From assembly GCA_016748015.1 (NCBI GenBank), contig JAAOMT010000394.1:1-27564 (forward strand): DNA of 27,564 nucleotides, written 5' to 3'. Numbering within the stretch: position 1 is the stretch's first letter; the number at the start of each line of letters is the position of its first letter. The notes under the pieces are model-generated. The model did no database searches. It saw only the letters and a list, made by a program, of their open reading frames with translations, and was not told the origin of the DNA. The DNA is from Geosiphon pyriformis uo1. Lineage: Eukaryota > Fungi > Glomeromycota. Position numbers and translations under genes: made by a program. Of the stretch, positions 1 through 10,892 are shown in pieces.

Positions 1-93
1 TTCTTCTTCTTCTTCTTCTTCTTCTTCTTCTTCTTCTTCTTCTTCTTCTTCTTCTTCTTCTTCTTCTTCTTCTTCTTCTTCTTCTTCTTCTTC
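1..93. repeat. (TTC)31 microsatellite, truncated by the window start
   Basis: Perfect TTC units from base 1 to 93. Confidence 0.98.
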
Positions 94-99
94 AAATTC

Positions 100-255
100 T
101 GGTAGAGCTATTATTAGAAATAATATATTTTATAAAAAATCTAAAATTTATTTCACGTTAGGTCTTTGGTATCCTCGTCCTCGGATATTACGAAAACTCC
201 CCGAGAGCCATATCACGTTATTAATGCTTATCAAGCTCTTTATTTAGGTATTATT
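100..255 (+). repeat. Third, compact copy of the sequence found downstream of the lipase-like genes
   Basis: Blocks ggtagagctattattagaaa, tttatttcacgttaggtc, ttggtatcctcgtcctcggatatt and gagagccatatcacgttattaatgcttatcaagctctttatttaggtattat match 7046-7414 as reverse complement. The first two blocks also match about 19700-19760 directly. Confidence 0.85.
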
Positions 256-739
256 GATATACACCATATAAATATTACATATAAAATTAAAAATTGGTTT
301 ATTTTTTAACTATGTTAAATTCTTTTAGAATAAAAACATGAAATATTTATTTTATTGATTTTTATTAAGCATTTACATAACGAAAATGATTACATTCTAG
401 TTGGGATTTTTGAAATTATAAAATAAAAGAGCTTGGTTAAATTTCATGATCAGAACTTTTTAAAAGTATTTTGCTGCAAACATATTTGAATTAGGTAATT
501 AAGACCCAATTTATCAATACCGAGACACTTGTTGCTTTTGGTAAAAAAAAATTCAAATAAAATCTTTTTTTCAAACAAACACTTATACACAAGAATTAGA
601 CCATAGGCTAAATATATGCAAATCAAACTTTAGTATTTTCAAATTTGAAGAATACTAGCAACAATTTTTCATTTTGTAATATATTATTGACAACAAAATA
701 AAAATGCTTGGTAAAAATAATTCTAATATTGCATTGATA

Positions 740-1200
740 AAAAGAAAGCTCTTGAGTGCTACTCGGATTATATTAGTTAGAGTACGGTTAGAGTGCTGGT
801 TGAATTAATTGACGTTTCGGTCAGGGTTATTTTGAGTCTCAGTTCGTTTGATCAGAGTGTTGCTTGAATGTCAGTTAGAGCTCTATTCGGGTAATAAATT
901 TTTGCAAGTTTTAATGAGTTTTCTAAAGAAAATATGGCAAAAATTAGGAAACGCGCAAGAATCGATGATATGTATCAACTAGATTTGTTTACCAGACACT
1001 TAAAACTACTCAGCCGAATTATATTCGACTGCTAATAGGCATTTAGGACAGCTAATATAAATTTAAGTATCCATTAGTAAATATTAGCTGAGCTTTTAGT
1101 GAATTTCTATCACTGAACTCAAGCGCATATACCCACACCCACGAACACGCTTTTATATTCCCGAAAGTGTTCCTATACTTCAATTGTAATCTGCTAACAA
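740..1200 (-). pseudogene. Degenerate third copy of the CFEM-like 8-Cys gene
   Basis: About 880-1180 aligns with 3175-3460. The exon 2 equivalent reads SCPKCLLAVEYNSAE*F*VS (two stops). Exon 3 has a +1 frameshift just after the last Cys (tgcaaaaatttattacccg vs tgcaaaatttattacccg). Exon 1 is mostly lost. Ends approximate. Confidence 0.8.
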
Positions 1201-3137
1201 CTTATTCTCAAATAATTTCAATGAATTTCAATGAATTTCAGCATTTTTTATTTTTTTTCACAAGAAATAATTTTTTGTCATTATAGTATTTCACAATTAA
1301 TAATCTTAGTCTTTTATATTCCCTGAACTTAAAATTGATTAACATTTACTCAGTCCTTTGTTAAATCAATGGTACTTTAAAATGAGAAAGTATATAAAAA
1401 GAGGTAAAAAATGAAGAATATTAAATATACGATAAATTTATTGGTTTATTTTTTTACATATTTTGATTTTCGAATTTTTTAAAAAAATGATTTGTGTTTA
1501 TTATAAAATTGTATGGTCGAAGCAACTTACTGAACAGTTTTAAATATGTATACAATTAAAATAAAACAATATTAATATTGGTATTAGTTGCATACAACAA
1601 ATAAATCCAAAAAATCCTAAAAAAAGCCCAACAGTTTTCTTTTATTTTTACTTTTTTAATGACTGATTTTTGTTTTACGAATTATTCTTATTTAGACAAT
1701 TGTAATTGAATTAATATTTTTCAATAATCATTGATAAAAACAATATTCATTTTTAAACTTTTGTTCTTTATAAATAAATTTTACATAATTCTTCCTTTGA
1801 ATTATTTTATAATATGAATAAATTTCTTTTTCGATTTGATATGTCAAGTAATATTTTTGTTGCTGAGTATGAACTTAATATATTAATATTAAACTTTGTC
1901 GATATGAAAAAATATTTGTTTCGAGTTATATGGTAAATAAAATCAAATACTTTCAATGATATTTTTAAGTTTAAAAATCTATATTAACTTGATTTCTTAT
2001 TTGCATTAATACTAAAAAAAAATTATTTGAATTGAAAATATGCGAAATTATGGTGCATAGAATTTTTCAGTGACTTAACTGTAGTTAGTTTTAAGATAAA
2101 AAAAATGAAAAGTGTTATTCATCAAACATTGCAATATTTTATTTAGTAATAGATCGCAAATGACGAATTAAGATAATTTAGAATAAAAAATATAAAGTTG
2201 AAGACAATTTTATTAGTAATAAAAAAACAATTTCAAGTTTTACAATAATTTTGTAAACTTTAAAAATTTTAAGATATTTTCAGAGTTTTTTATTGTATTA
2301 GCTTTAATTTATGCAATTTTTAAAATTATATTTCAATTACAAATGATTTATTAATTTTAATAATATGATCTTAGAACAATCTTTGTATTTGCTGGTAAAA
2401 TACTGTGATCTCAATTAAATCTTAAAAAGAAATGCTTGTTTTACATTAAAAATTTCTAAATATAACAATTATAGCTTTAAATTATAATTGTGTAATATAT
2501 TCGATTATTTGATTTACATTTATTTTATTTGAAAAATATTTTTTGTTGAAAGAAACACAAATTAACATGATACTATGATTTATATATATTTCAATTCAAA
2601 AAATTTAACAATAGTAATATTTATTAAAAAAATAAGTTGAAATATTAAAAGTAATTACAATAAAACCCAGAATTTGACTTTAATAGTATTTTCTATTTTG
2701 TTAACATAAGCCAATATAACATATATAATATTTCAAATAGATATTTTGTATTTGATAATTTATACAAATTACATGAAAAATTATCAAGATTTTTAATATA
2801 ACTGATAATTTGTGAAAAATTTAATCTGAACCCAGTTTATATTTCATAAATTTGGAATTAATGAATACCGAAACGCTCATCGTTTTTTTGTAACAAAATT
2901 TAAAACTTGAGTGAATTTTATTTTTCAAACGAAACTTTTATATGCGAAAAATTGGCCAATAGCCTAGAGTATACTATATAATAAAATGAAAAGTACAGCT
3001 TTTATGGGAGGCAAAAAGAAGTCGATTCAAATTCTAGCTAACTCTAATTTTACATTTACAAAAGGAAATTTTCGAGAGAAAAATTAGCAGTTTTGATCCC
3101 AAATGGGCCTTAAGTGGTGTCTGAATTTTTGGTTGTC

Positions 3138-3675
3138 TCAGTTGGCTTTTCGGTTTTTAGTTGGGTCGGTTATAGTTCTTCTCGGGTAATAAATTTTGCA
3201 AATTTTGACGGTATCTGTAAAGAAAATATAGCGAAAACTAAGAGACGCGTGACAATCGATGACAATGCATCAACTAGACTGCATACCAGATACCGAAGCA
3301 GCTTCAGTCGATTCATATTCAACTGATGATGGGCATTTAAAGCAGCTGTTTATGTATTTGAGTATCTATTAGTAATATTACTAACCCAGCTTGTTTTTTA
3401 TTCAACTCAAGTACATTTGCCCACGAACACGCTCTTATATCCCCAAAAGTTTTCACCTACCTCGCATATCCATTAATTATGGTCTGCTTGCAAAAGCAAT
3501 TCAATATAGTTTCTTCAGGTAAGTTCTTGAGTTCACTGACCGAACTTGTGCCAAGACAAGTAGAGAGAGCGGCATCCGTACCTGCGCATACTTTGCATTC
3601 TGGGATTAAAGTAGCACCGTCCACCCTAACCCAATACGAAAGGATAGTAATCAAGAGGAAAATAATTCTAACCAT
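3138..3675 (-). CDS. Secreted CFEM-like 8-cysteine protein, truncated anchor-less copy (116 aa); exons 3675-3461, 3345-3287, 3214-3138
   Basis: Signal-peptide-like N-terminus MVRIIFLLITILSYWVRVDGA. GTAGGT..CAG and GTATGC..CAG introns are at the same positions as in the 26378 copy. All 8 Cys are kept. A 35-nt deletion shifts the frame to ..DPTKNRKAN* and a further 65-nt deletion removes the GPI signal region. It could be a young pseudogene. Confidence 0.7.
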
Positions 3676-4004
3676 TTTTTATGAAGATAAAATTCAAAAG
3701 TTGTATGGTGCACGATATAAAAATTATTTTTTGAATGCAAGATTTACTAAGATTAAAGAAACGAAAGATCCTAAAAACAGCGTTTGTTGAGAATTTTTTG
3801 TCTTTATACATATTGCAGTTATTGAAGGGAAAGAAAAGTAAAACGATTTGATACAGCCCCACCCTCATAGCCACACCAGGATCAACACGGGCTTAAAGTA
3901 CAAGCAGATGCGATATTAAAGAATTCTATCATAATGGCTTACTGCTTTTATTTTTAATAAGAATACCTTTTTACATTACAATTTTATTATTGAAAATAGA
4001 CCTC

Positions 4005-4290
4005 TATAAAATGGTCGCATAGCCTTTCTTTTTATGACTTCTTTAACTCGTTTTGGCATCGAGCCAATAAATTGAAGAATTGTCTTTAATTGAATACCAT
4101 TCGATGCAGTAAACATTCTTTCCACATATTTTCTATTGAACTAAGACCTAAGTCACAATTTCAAGATCATATTGATTTCACAAGCTTTCCACTTGTGAAT
4201 TGAGGCGTTATCTTCCTTGAATATTGTGTTCATGATCATTGAAAAACTATATGCAATACAGCCGTACTCTCATAATATATAGCTGGGAAC
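4005..4290 (-). mobile_element. Tc1/mariner (DDE_3) transposase C-terminal relic
   Basis: Broken frames give FKEDNASIHK, IENMWKE and IGSMPKRVKEVIKRK. These match the Tc1 motifs FQQDNAPxH, NPIENLW and SMPRRxxAVIKAKG. Confidence 0.75.
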
Positions 4291-4979
4291 ACGTTTATGT
4301 AGTGACTCTTTTACATGAAATAAAAAATCCTGATATTTATTTATGAGTGATTACCATTAAAGAACTGGTAAAATTATCAATAACATTAATAAAAATAACA
4401 ATAAATCTAAACAAGTTGAATTGCTTGAAATTTATTTAGTTTATCCATTTTTCATTAATCACTCAATTTTTGCCAGTTTTTCTTTTCGTCTTGGCTTATC
4501 ACAAACGGCTTGACAAGTATACTGCTCAGTATTGATTATCTAGTTCAAAATCTTTGTTTTCTAAATTAAATTTTTTTTTGAGTCGTATATGTGAAAATTA
4601 AAAAAGAATTTTTATTAAATTTTGTGATGACAAATTACTTTTTCATTTTAAAAGCCAAATAATTTCAATTAAATTGGTAAAGACTAATAAAGATGATATT
4701 TTACAATTCAAGTATTTCTGAGTTGTGAATATTTATTTTGAAAGAAATATATCAAATCATAAATTGGGAAATATAAAAATTTGAAATATTGCAAATTTGA
4801 AATATATTAGTAAACTTGACTGAAAATCATCAAATTTAAATTACTAACAATTTTTTATATGTGTCCTCAAGATTAAAAATTTCCATATTAGATTTAAAAG
4901 TTTACTAAAAACTCAAAATAAACTTTTGCCCAAGAAATTTAGTTAGCTTAAATATAATTATTTACTCCAAGATTTTTAG

Positions 4980-6450
4980 TTAATGGTGAAAAATAGAAAT
5001 GACAAGTATTTTAAAATCAAGTCTATGGAATGGAACATTCTGTTCTGAATTAATGCTTTATAGAGCAATTTGATATCAAGATATATTCTTATACTAAATC
5101 CTTTGAAACTATTGCTGATAGTGAACAAGGTAATAAGCAAAAAAGAGCAAGTCTGCTTCTTGATAGATATAGGAAGGCAAGTCATGTTTTTTCCAGAAAT
5201 ATAAGTGAAAAAATAGTGGCGTGATAGGGGCTTTTCGGTTCTTTACCATTCAAGATTTTTTACTCAACATCAAAACCAGTGTTGGGCACATATAACATTT
5301 TTAGTTGTCTGATCAAGGTTTTCAGCTGACTTTTTAGCGTATTTGATATTCAAGATTTTTTGGTAACCTGATGGAATGAGAAATTGGGTATAAACCAGAG
5401 ATATGCAAGCTAAGAAATATTTCTAATTTCTCAAATTTTTTTATAACGATGCTCCACCTGGGATTTACAGTATAAATCAGACAAAGATAAATAATGGACT
5501 TTCGCAATTCAGCAGTTTTCGGAAAAAGAATTGGGGCCAATGAATACAAATGCTTCATTGCTGAATTTTAGATTATAAAATGGTACAAATAAGTATTCTT
5601 AGCTGAAAGTTATGAAGGTTGACAGAGGAAGAAAGAGTGAAAAAAACTATTTTCAAGAAACTAAGTATACTAATAAACTGTCACCATACTCAGTATTAAT
5701 TGGATAACCAACAAAGTTATATCTGCAAGTAGAGAACAAAAAAAGGGGAAAGCCGATATGTCTTAGTTATTTCAGCAGTATCAAAAATGAATTAATAAAG
5801 ATTGCAAAGACTAGAAGTTTTACTTGTTGAATTAAATTTACACAAAATACTTTCTCAATGAAATTCAGCAAAAAACCTTTCCAGTGCAGCAAACAAAAAT
5901 TAAATTCCAAAGCTTAGGAACAAAGTGAAAATTCTTGATGATAGTATGTGTTTTGATCACCTAATGCAGGATTCAACTTAATATTGCAAGCTATTTTTTA
6001 AAATTAGGAAAATGTGCAAATATGGGCTTTTTATAAATAGCTACAAAATAGAAAAGTTTTCACGCAACTTTAGCCTTGGCACAATATTACTTAACTTAGT
6101 CTCCAATATATCTAAAATTTATTCATGAGGTATAAAAACATCAAAGAATACTTGAAGAACTAACCATAATCATTATGACTGTTTCTTGCTCTCTCATTAA
6201 TGGGAAAACCATAAAGGCATAGTGTGAAATTCTTCCAATATATTTATTCAATCACAAAAACAGTGACTGATTAGTTGGTGGATAAAAGTGTGCATCTAAT
6301 TACAAATGTTGAAAAATTTGCTCCATGCTATGACCAAATATAGAGATTGTTTGTATTCTTTACTGTCTAAAACAGTTAATTAATTTTTTATGAAACTTTG
6401 GCTCCGACCTCTCAATGCAAGATTTACTCTGTAATTTTATAATCTAGTAT
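4980..6450 (-). other. Possible heavily decayed coding or retroelement relic
   Basis: GC is higher than in the flanks, and there are broken protein-like frames (RYNFVGYPINTE, KCYMCP..EPKSPYHA) that loosely recall non-LTR RT C-terminal/zf-RVT regions. No diagnostic motif such as YADD was seen. Confidence 0.2.
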
Positions 6451-7709
6451 ATTCTAGAGCTTTCTTGCTTAAAGCTTAAAGTTATTATTTTCAAGATGAT
6501 TTATTAATGTTGAGTGATGGAGACGGCAAGGTTAAAATTCGAGGGATGAATGATATGGAAAAGGATACCGTTAGGTAATTAATTAAGAAGTAACCTTTTT
6601 AACATTCAATTAGAAGATTTTCGTAAGCTACTTTATAAAAAATTAGAATGGTGTTTTACAACAATCTTAGAAGCTTAGGCTTTAAGATTTCCTACTAAAT
6701 CTATTTTCAACTTCATTTTCATTTGCTCCCTTTAAAAGAGGTGGTTATGGCTTCATCATGATGAGTTGGGCTCTTGTTAATTATATAATGATTTTTATCA
6801 TTAAGTTCGCACATAGTATTTGAAATAAAATGAAAACTGTTATTATAATTTAGGCAAATTTACTCTATTTAAAAATAATTTCCCATTATATTTCATATGG
6901 GACATTTATAGCTAAACTTGGAAACTCTTAGAAATAAGGCTACGCCTTAATATACCACGAATTAATCAACTTTCTAACAAGTAAAAGCAGAAAGCTTCAT
7001 AAGAAAAATGATATAAAACAAAAATGATGAATAGTTAAATTTTTATAATACCTAAATAAGGAGCTTGATGAGTATTAATAACGTGATATGGCTCTCACAA
7101 TTCATATCATATTTCATATGATACTCGGAATTAGGATGAGTGAAAATCTTTCTTAAAAACGGGACATAATCTTTCGCATAGGTAGCTCGATAGACTAGTA
7201 GAAGCTAATCAATTTTCAGTATCTTAAAAATTGCAATTTACCGACAAGATAATGCGGAGACTTTTGAAATGAGTCGAATATCCGAGTACGAGGGTACCAA
7301 ATGTTGCAAAACCACTTGAATCAAGTTCGTTCTAGTTAAAAAAGTTAAAACAAACTGCTTTGAAATTTAAGACCTAACGTGAAATAAAATTTTATTTCTA
7401 ATAATAACTCTACCGATATTTAAAAATGTATTCTATTTTGATATTCTTAATGGATTATTTTTATAAATTTGATAATTTTCCAAGTGATCTAGACTCGCTC
7501 AAATAAACTTTTAAACATTGAAAATATAAAAAAAACGAGTCAAAGTTTCTCTGAAATTGTTTAGTGACTTATAAAGATAGGTTATCCCGAAAATAGACAT
7601 CAATCAAACAAAGGTTGCTAAACTTCGTCAATGATTTGTTGAGGATTCGAGAATATTTCGAATTCTAAAAATTTATTAATGGGTTAGGTTTTTAAAAACG
7701 AAATACCGA

Positions 7710-7710
<1 letters not shown>

Positions 7711-7782
<72 letters not shown>
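7711..7782. repeat. (AAT)11 directly followed by (ATT)13, a palindromic microsatellite
   Basis: AAT units 7711-7743, then ATT units 7744-7782. The two tracts are mutual reverse complements with no spacer. Confidence 0.95.
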
Positions 7783-8236
7783 GTTATTGTTATTATTTTG
7801 CCATTCATGAATAAAGATTAGAGCAACAGTAAGGTTGATTTTTTATATCTTAATATTTTATTTTACACCTCATTCATTTAAATCATGTAAGATTTTAACA
7901 TTCGCTTCACATTGAAAATCGTTTTTATTTTTCATATTTTAGACTAATAAAAAGTTTAATCTGATTGAGCTATTGATACTAACCATAAGAAAAACTAAAA
8001 GCATTAAAAATCTCAACTTTCGAACCAAATTTATAACAAAATTCTAAACAGTAAGCTCAATTGAATTCCAGTAAAAGTTGATTTACTAACACTTAATATG
8101 TATAGATTTGCTAAAATGTGATTACATCCATTAAATGAAATGCTCAATAAATGGACAGACAAAATTCACTTCAATAAAATTCCATTAGAATACTAAAAAG
8201 GGTAATTACTGATAATTTTTAAAACATCAAACTCAT

Positions 8237-9936
8237 CTATGTTCCAATTAAGGTTGGAGGTCTACCATCCCGTGTCATAAAGTAGCCAAAATAAGGACCC
8301 CAATGTGCGGTCGATTCTTCAGGAACTTTACGATCAAATCTATTAATACAATCCTACAAAATTTTAAACCATATTTCATATTTAGAATTTGAAACACTTT
8401 GAAATTTAAGATTATAAACTAAATACTTTACTGGTGACTCTATTCCATAGCCCGTACTCTGACACATCAAAAAAGTTTCGGGAATTTTTGATGGATCGTT
8501 CTCAACACAATCACAGCTTGGCTGTGAAGGTATATAAAACTCCATCATCTCATGTACATATTCATTTTTAAAATATAATGGAACATGATCATCCCCATAA
8601 GTAATACGCCACACTTCGATTTTCGAGTCAACAAATCGTGCAAATGCTTCATTCCCAATACGTGGCTCACCGAATGTTACTACCACAATTTTTAAAAATC
8701 TCCATTTTACACGAAGGGCTAAAGCTGCAAATATAGCAAAGACTGAATTGAAAAGGGGGATCAAGATGTTATTAGATTTTGGAAGTAACTTTATGAAATT
8801 CTTCAAATTTTTAACTCATTAATTATTTACAAAGAATATTAAGTGCTTACCACCACCCTCTCCATGACCAGTAAAGACATAAAAGTGGTCTCTATACTTG
8901 TATCTACCAAGCGATGCTCGAGCTTTCAGATATTGCTCATAAACTTGCCATAAAGTGGCTTCTGCACCTACAAATCTGTTCTGATAAAATTCATCATTTA
9001 CTAATGGTTGATTGCCAGTTAATTTAAACGGTATATTTATAATCGGGATATTAAATTCGGGTATAATTGGCGGTTTGGCGTCATGTGGGTATAAGTCAAA
9101 CTGACTGTTTTGCAATAAAGAAGCCATCGTTTTTTGAGTTAATGAACGACCTCGAAACGTGCTAATTATAGCTGGTTTTGGCCCATATTGTGTGTTTAAT
9201 GGGGTTGGTGCTATGAAGATGTTTGCTATAAAAAAATTTATCCCATTTTATTTTGTGAGATTACATTCAAATTTGAAAAAAATTCAATACACATCTGATT
9301 TTCAAACTCACCCCAGACCCCAGGGGCAATTAATGTTTTGTCTGGATCATCTGTGTATGCCGATTGAGCATATCGTGCCATATCAGACACAAATTTGAAC
9401 TTTCTTCTATCTTTCACTGGGTAGATTTTTGGGCTCGCAGGTTTAAATACATAACCTGTGATACTGCGCCATACCCCAGCAACTTTTTGCCATCCTGCTT
9501 TAATTTTAGTGATGATCGGGTGTTCAGGAAGGTTACCCGGATTTGGATTGTTTCTCATGTTGATCCTTTTTTCGAGTTGATTTATGTGTGTATGAGAATT
9601 TTTATCAGAAAGGAAGGACGATGAGGAAAGATAATCACTATTTGGGTTTGAGGATGATAATGATAACTGTGATTTTGTGACTGGATGGAGTTCTTTTTCA
9701 CTTGTTAGCGATGTATGATATGTAAGATTTATTTTTTTAGCAGCGTTGGTTAATGGTAGTAAAATCGATTCTGATTGTAATTCGAAATAATTTTGTGATA
9801 AGGTTGATAAAAACATGATGAGGCGAATTGTGATTATACTCGTCAAAATTTTGAATAGGAATTTTGCATTTTTTTTCTGATATTTCGAAATTGTATATTC
9901 TGACATTAGAGTTTTTGATGAAAAACTTTGTTCCAT
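8237..9936 (-). CDS. Class 3 lipase-fold (Lipase_3, alpha/beta hydrolase) protein lacking the catalytic Ser, about 475 aa; exons 9936-9312, 9225-8851, 8742-8432, 8353-8237
   Basis: Splicing at GTGAGT, GTAAGC and GTAAAG donors and TAG/CAG acceptors gives an open frame with MARYAQSAY, ISTFRG, VFTGHGEGGVFA, VTFGEPRIGNEAFA, RITYGDDHVP, YVH and AHWGPYFG. There is an N-terminal hydrophobic segment and an EKR site before the hydrolase domain. Confidence 0.9.
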
Positions 9937-10463
9937 CTTAACCCTTTCTTGGAACCTACCAAAAAGAACAAAAAATATACTATTATTAAACCTTTCTATT
10001 CTAGTCTCTAATTTTAAATTTCAAAGGTTAAAATAATTAGAAATTTTCAAATAATTTGGTTTATTTAATAGGATGTTGAATAGGTGTGTGTTTAGGTTTA
10101 TTTATAATTTCTGTATTTTTTAAGAATTTTTAAGTGAGTGGTTATTTTTAACGAATGAATTTTCCGTACGAACGATAAAATGATCATCACTTGTTGGGAT
10201 ATCATAATATAAACAATCGGGTTGAGGGCATGATTCGAATAGTTTCATCCGGTTGTGCAATCAATATACTGACGAACCAATTAATTCTAAACGATTGGTA
10301 GAAAAACCACTATTATTTATTCTTTGAATAAGATAAACTGTTTGAAAAACATTCAAACAATAAACATTGGATTTTTTAGTATAAATAATTGAAATTTCTT
10401 AAAACTCGGAAAATTGAAACTTTAAGAAAAATTGAAATTATAGCTAGAATCTTTACAGCCAAT
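9937..10463. promoter_or_regulatory. Putative bidirectional promoter region between lipase-like gene 1 and the crystallin-like gene
   Basis: 527 bp between divergent ATGs. A polypyrimidine tract plus AG about 20 nt before the lipase ATG is conserved in the paralog, suggesting a 5' UTR intron. No specific promoter element was identified. Confidence 0.4.
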
Positions 10464-10892
10464 ATGAATTTAAGTATCTCATCTAAATTTCTATTCCTCT
10501 ATTTCTCTTTATTAATTATCGTTATTACCCATTCAATCCCACAATCTACTTCCACATCAAAAAAACCAATCATCCCAAGTCCCACCCCAAAATCAACACT
10601 TCAAAGCCTTGGTGGTATTCGTTTTTTTCTTTATCGGGACCCAGAATTTCAAGCTGATGCTTACGAATTAATTGTTTATCGTGACGATTGTTTAAAACTT
10701 CCCGGCCCAATTGCGAATCTAGTGCGTAGTGTGAAAACAGATGGATGTATTTGGTTATGGGAGCGCAATACATGTGAAGGAGCTCGTAGATTAGCTTGTC
10801 CACAATTCTCGGAAAATAAGGATCTAGGAAAGATTACATATCAAAATAGAGTCAGTGCTGTTAGTATTGCTCCCGGACAAACCAGCAATTAA
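10464..10892 (+). CDS. Small secreted protein with a beta/gamma-crystallin-like domain (142 aa, intronless)
   Basis: The first ATG is at 10464 (the ORF track starts at an upstream TTG). Signal-peptide-like stretch KFLFLYFSLLIIVITHS, then a Pro/Ser/Thr linker, then two Greek-key-like motifs: FLYRDPEFQA..DCLKLPGPIANLVRSVK and WLWERNTCEG..DLGKITYQNRVSAV. 4 Cys. The domain call is by motif recognition only. Confidence 0.75.
   Translation: MNLSISSKFLFLYFSLLIIVITHSIPQSTSTSKKPIIPSPTPKSTLQSLGGIRFFLYRDPEFQADAYELIVYRDDCLKLPGPIANLVRSVKTDGCIWLWERNTCEGARRLACPQFSENKDLGKITYQNRVSAVSIAPGQTSN

Larger units (their letters stand above)
2590..4540 (-). repeat. Outer inverted duplication, left arm (partner 25485-27564, probably extending beyond the window)
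   Basis: The last bases of the window are the exact reverse complement of 2590 onward. About 6 mismatches in the first ~500 bp. Similarity continues through the CFEM-like gene and Tc1 relic to about 4540, with more indels inward. Confidence 0.95.
7095..10141 (-). repeat. Inner inverted duplication, left arm (partner about 17265-19883)
   Basis: Lipase-like gene 1, its upstream region (cactcactt..aaaa..ttaaaaaa..cagaaatta) and its downstream flank all align in reverse complement to 17265-19883. Visibly more diverged than the outer pair. Confidence 0.93.

Noticed and set aside
1-93. Terminal TTC array as a telomere
   Set aside because: Not a TTAGGG-type repeat. It is an ordinary triplet microsatellite cut by the window or contig edge.
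1214-1240. Short tandem duplications (aatttcaatg units; also aaatttgaaatat near 4777-4805)
   Set aside because: Two to three copies of AT-rich units, consistent with ordinary replication slippage.
3479-3790. ORFs 3479-3790(+), 3114-3326(+), 3668-3874(-) and 26074-26574(-)
   Set aside because: Antisense or overlapping shadows of the spliced CFEM-like genes. They recur only because the DNA is duplicated.
9159-9624. Plus-strand ORFs 9159-9398 and 9364-9624, also 15221-15466(+) and 10570-10803(-)
   Set aside because: Antisense to well-supported genes and without recognisable motifs.
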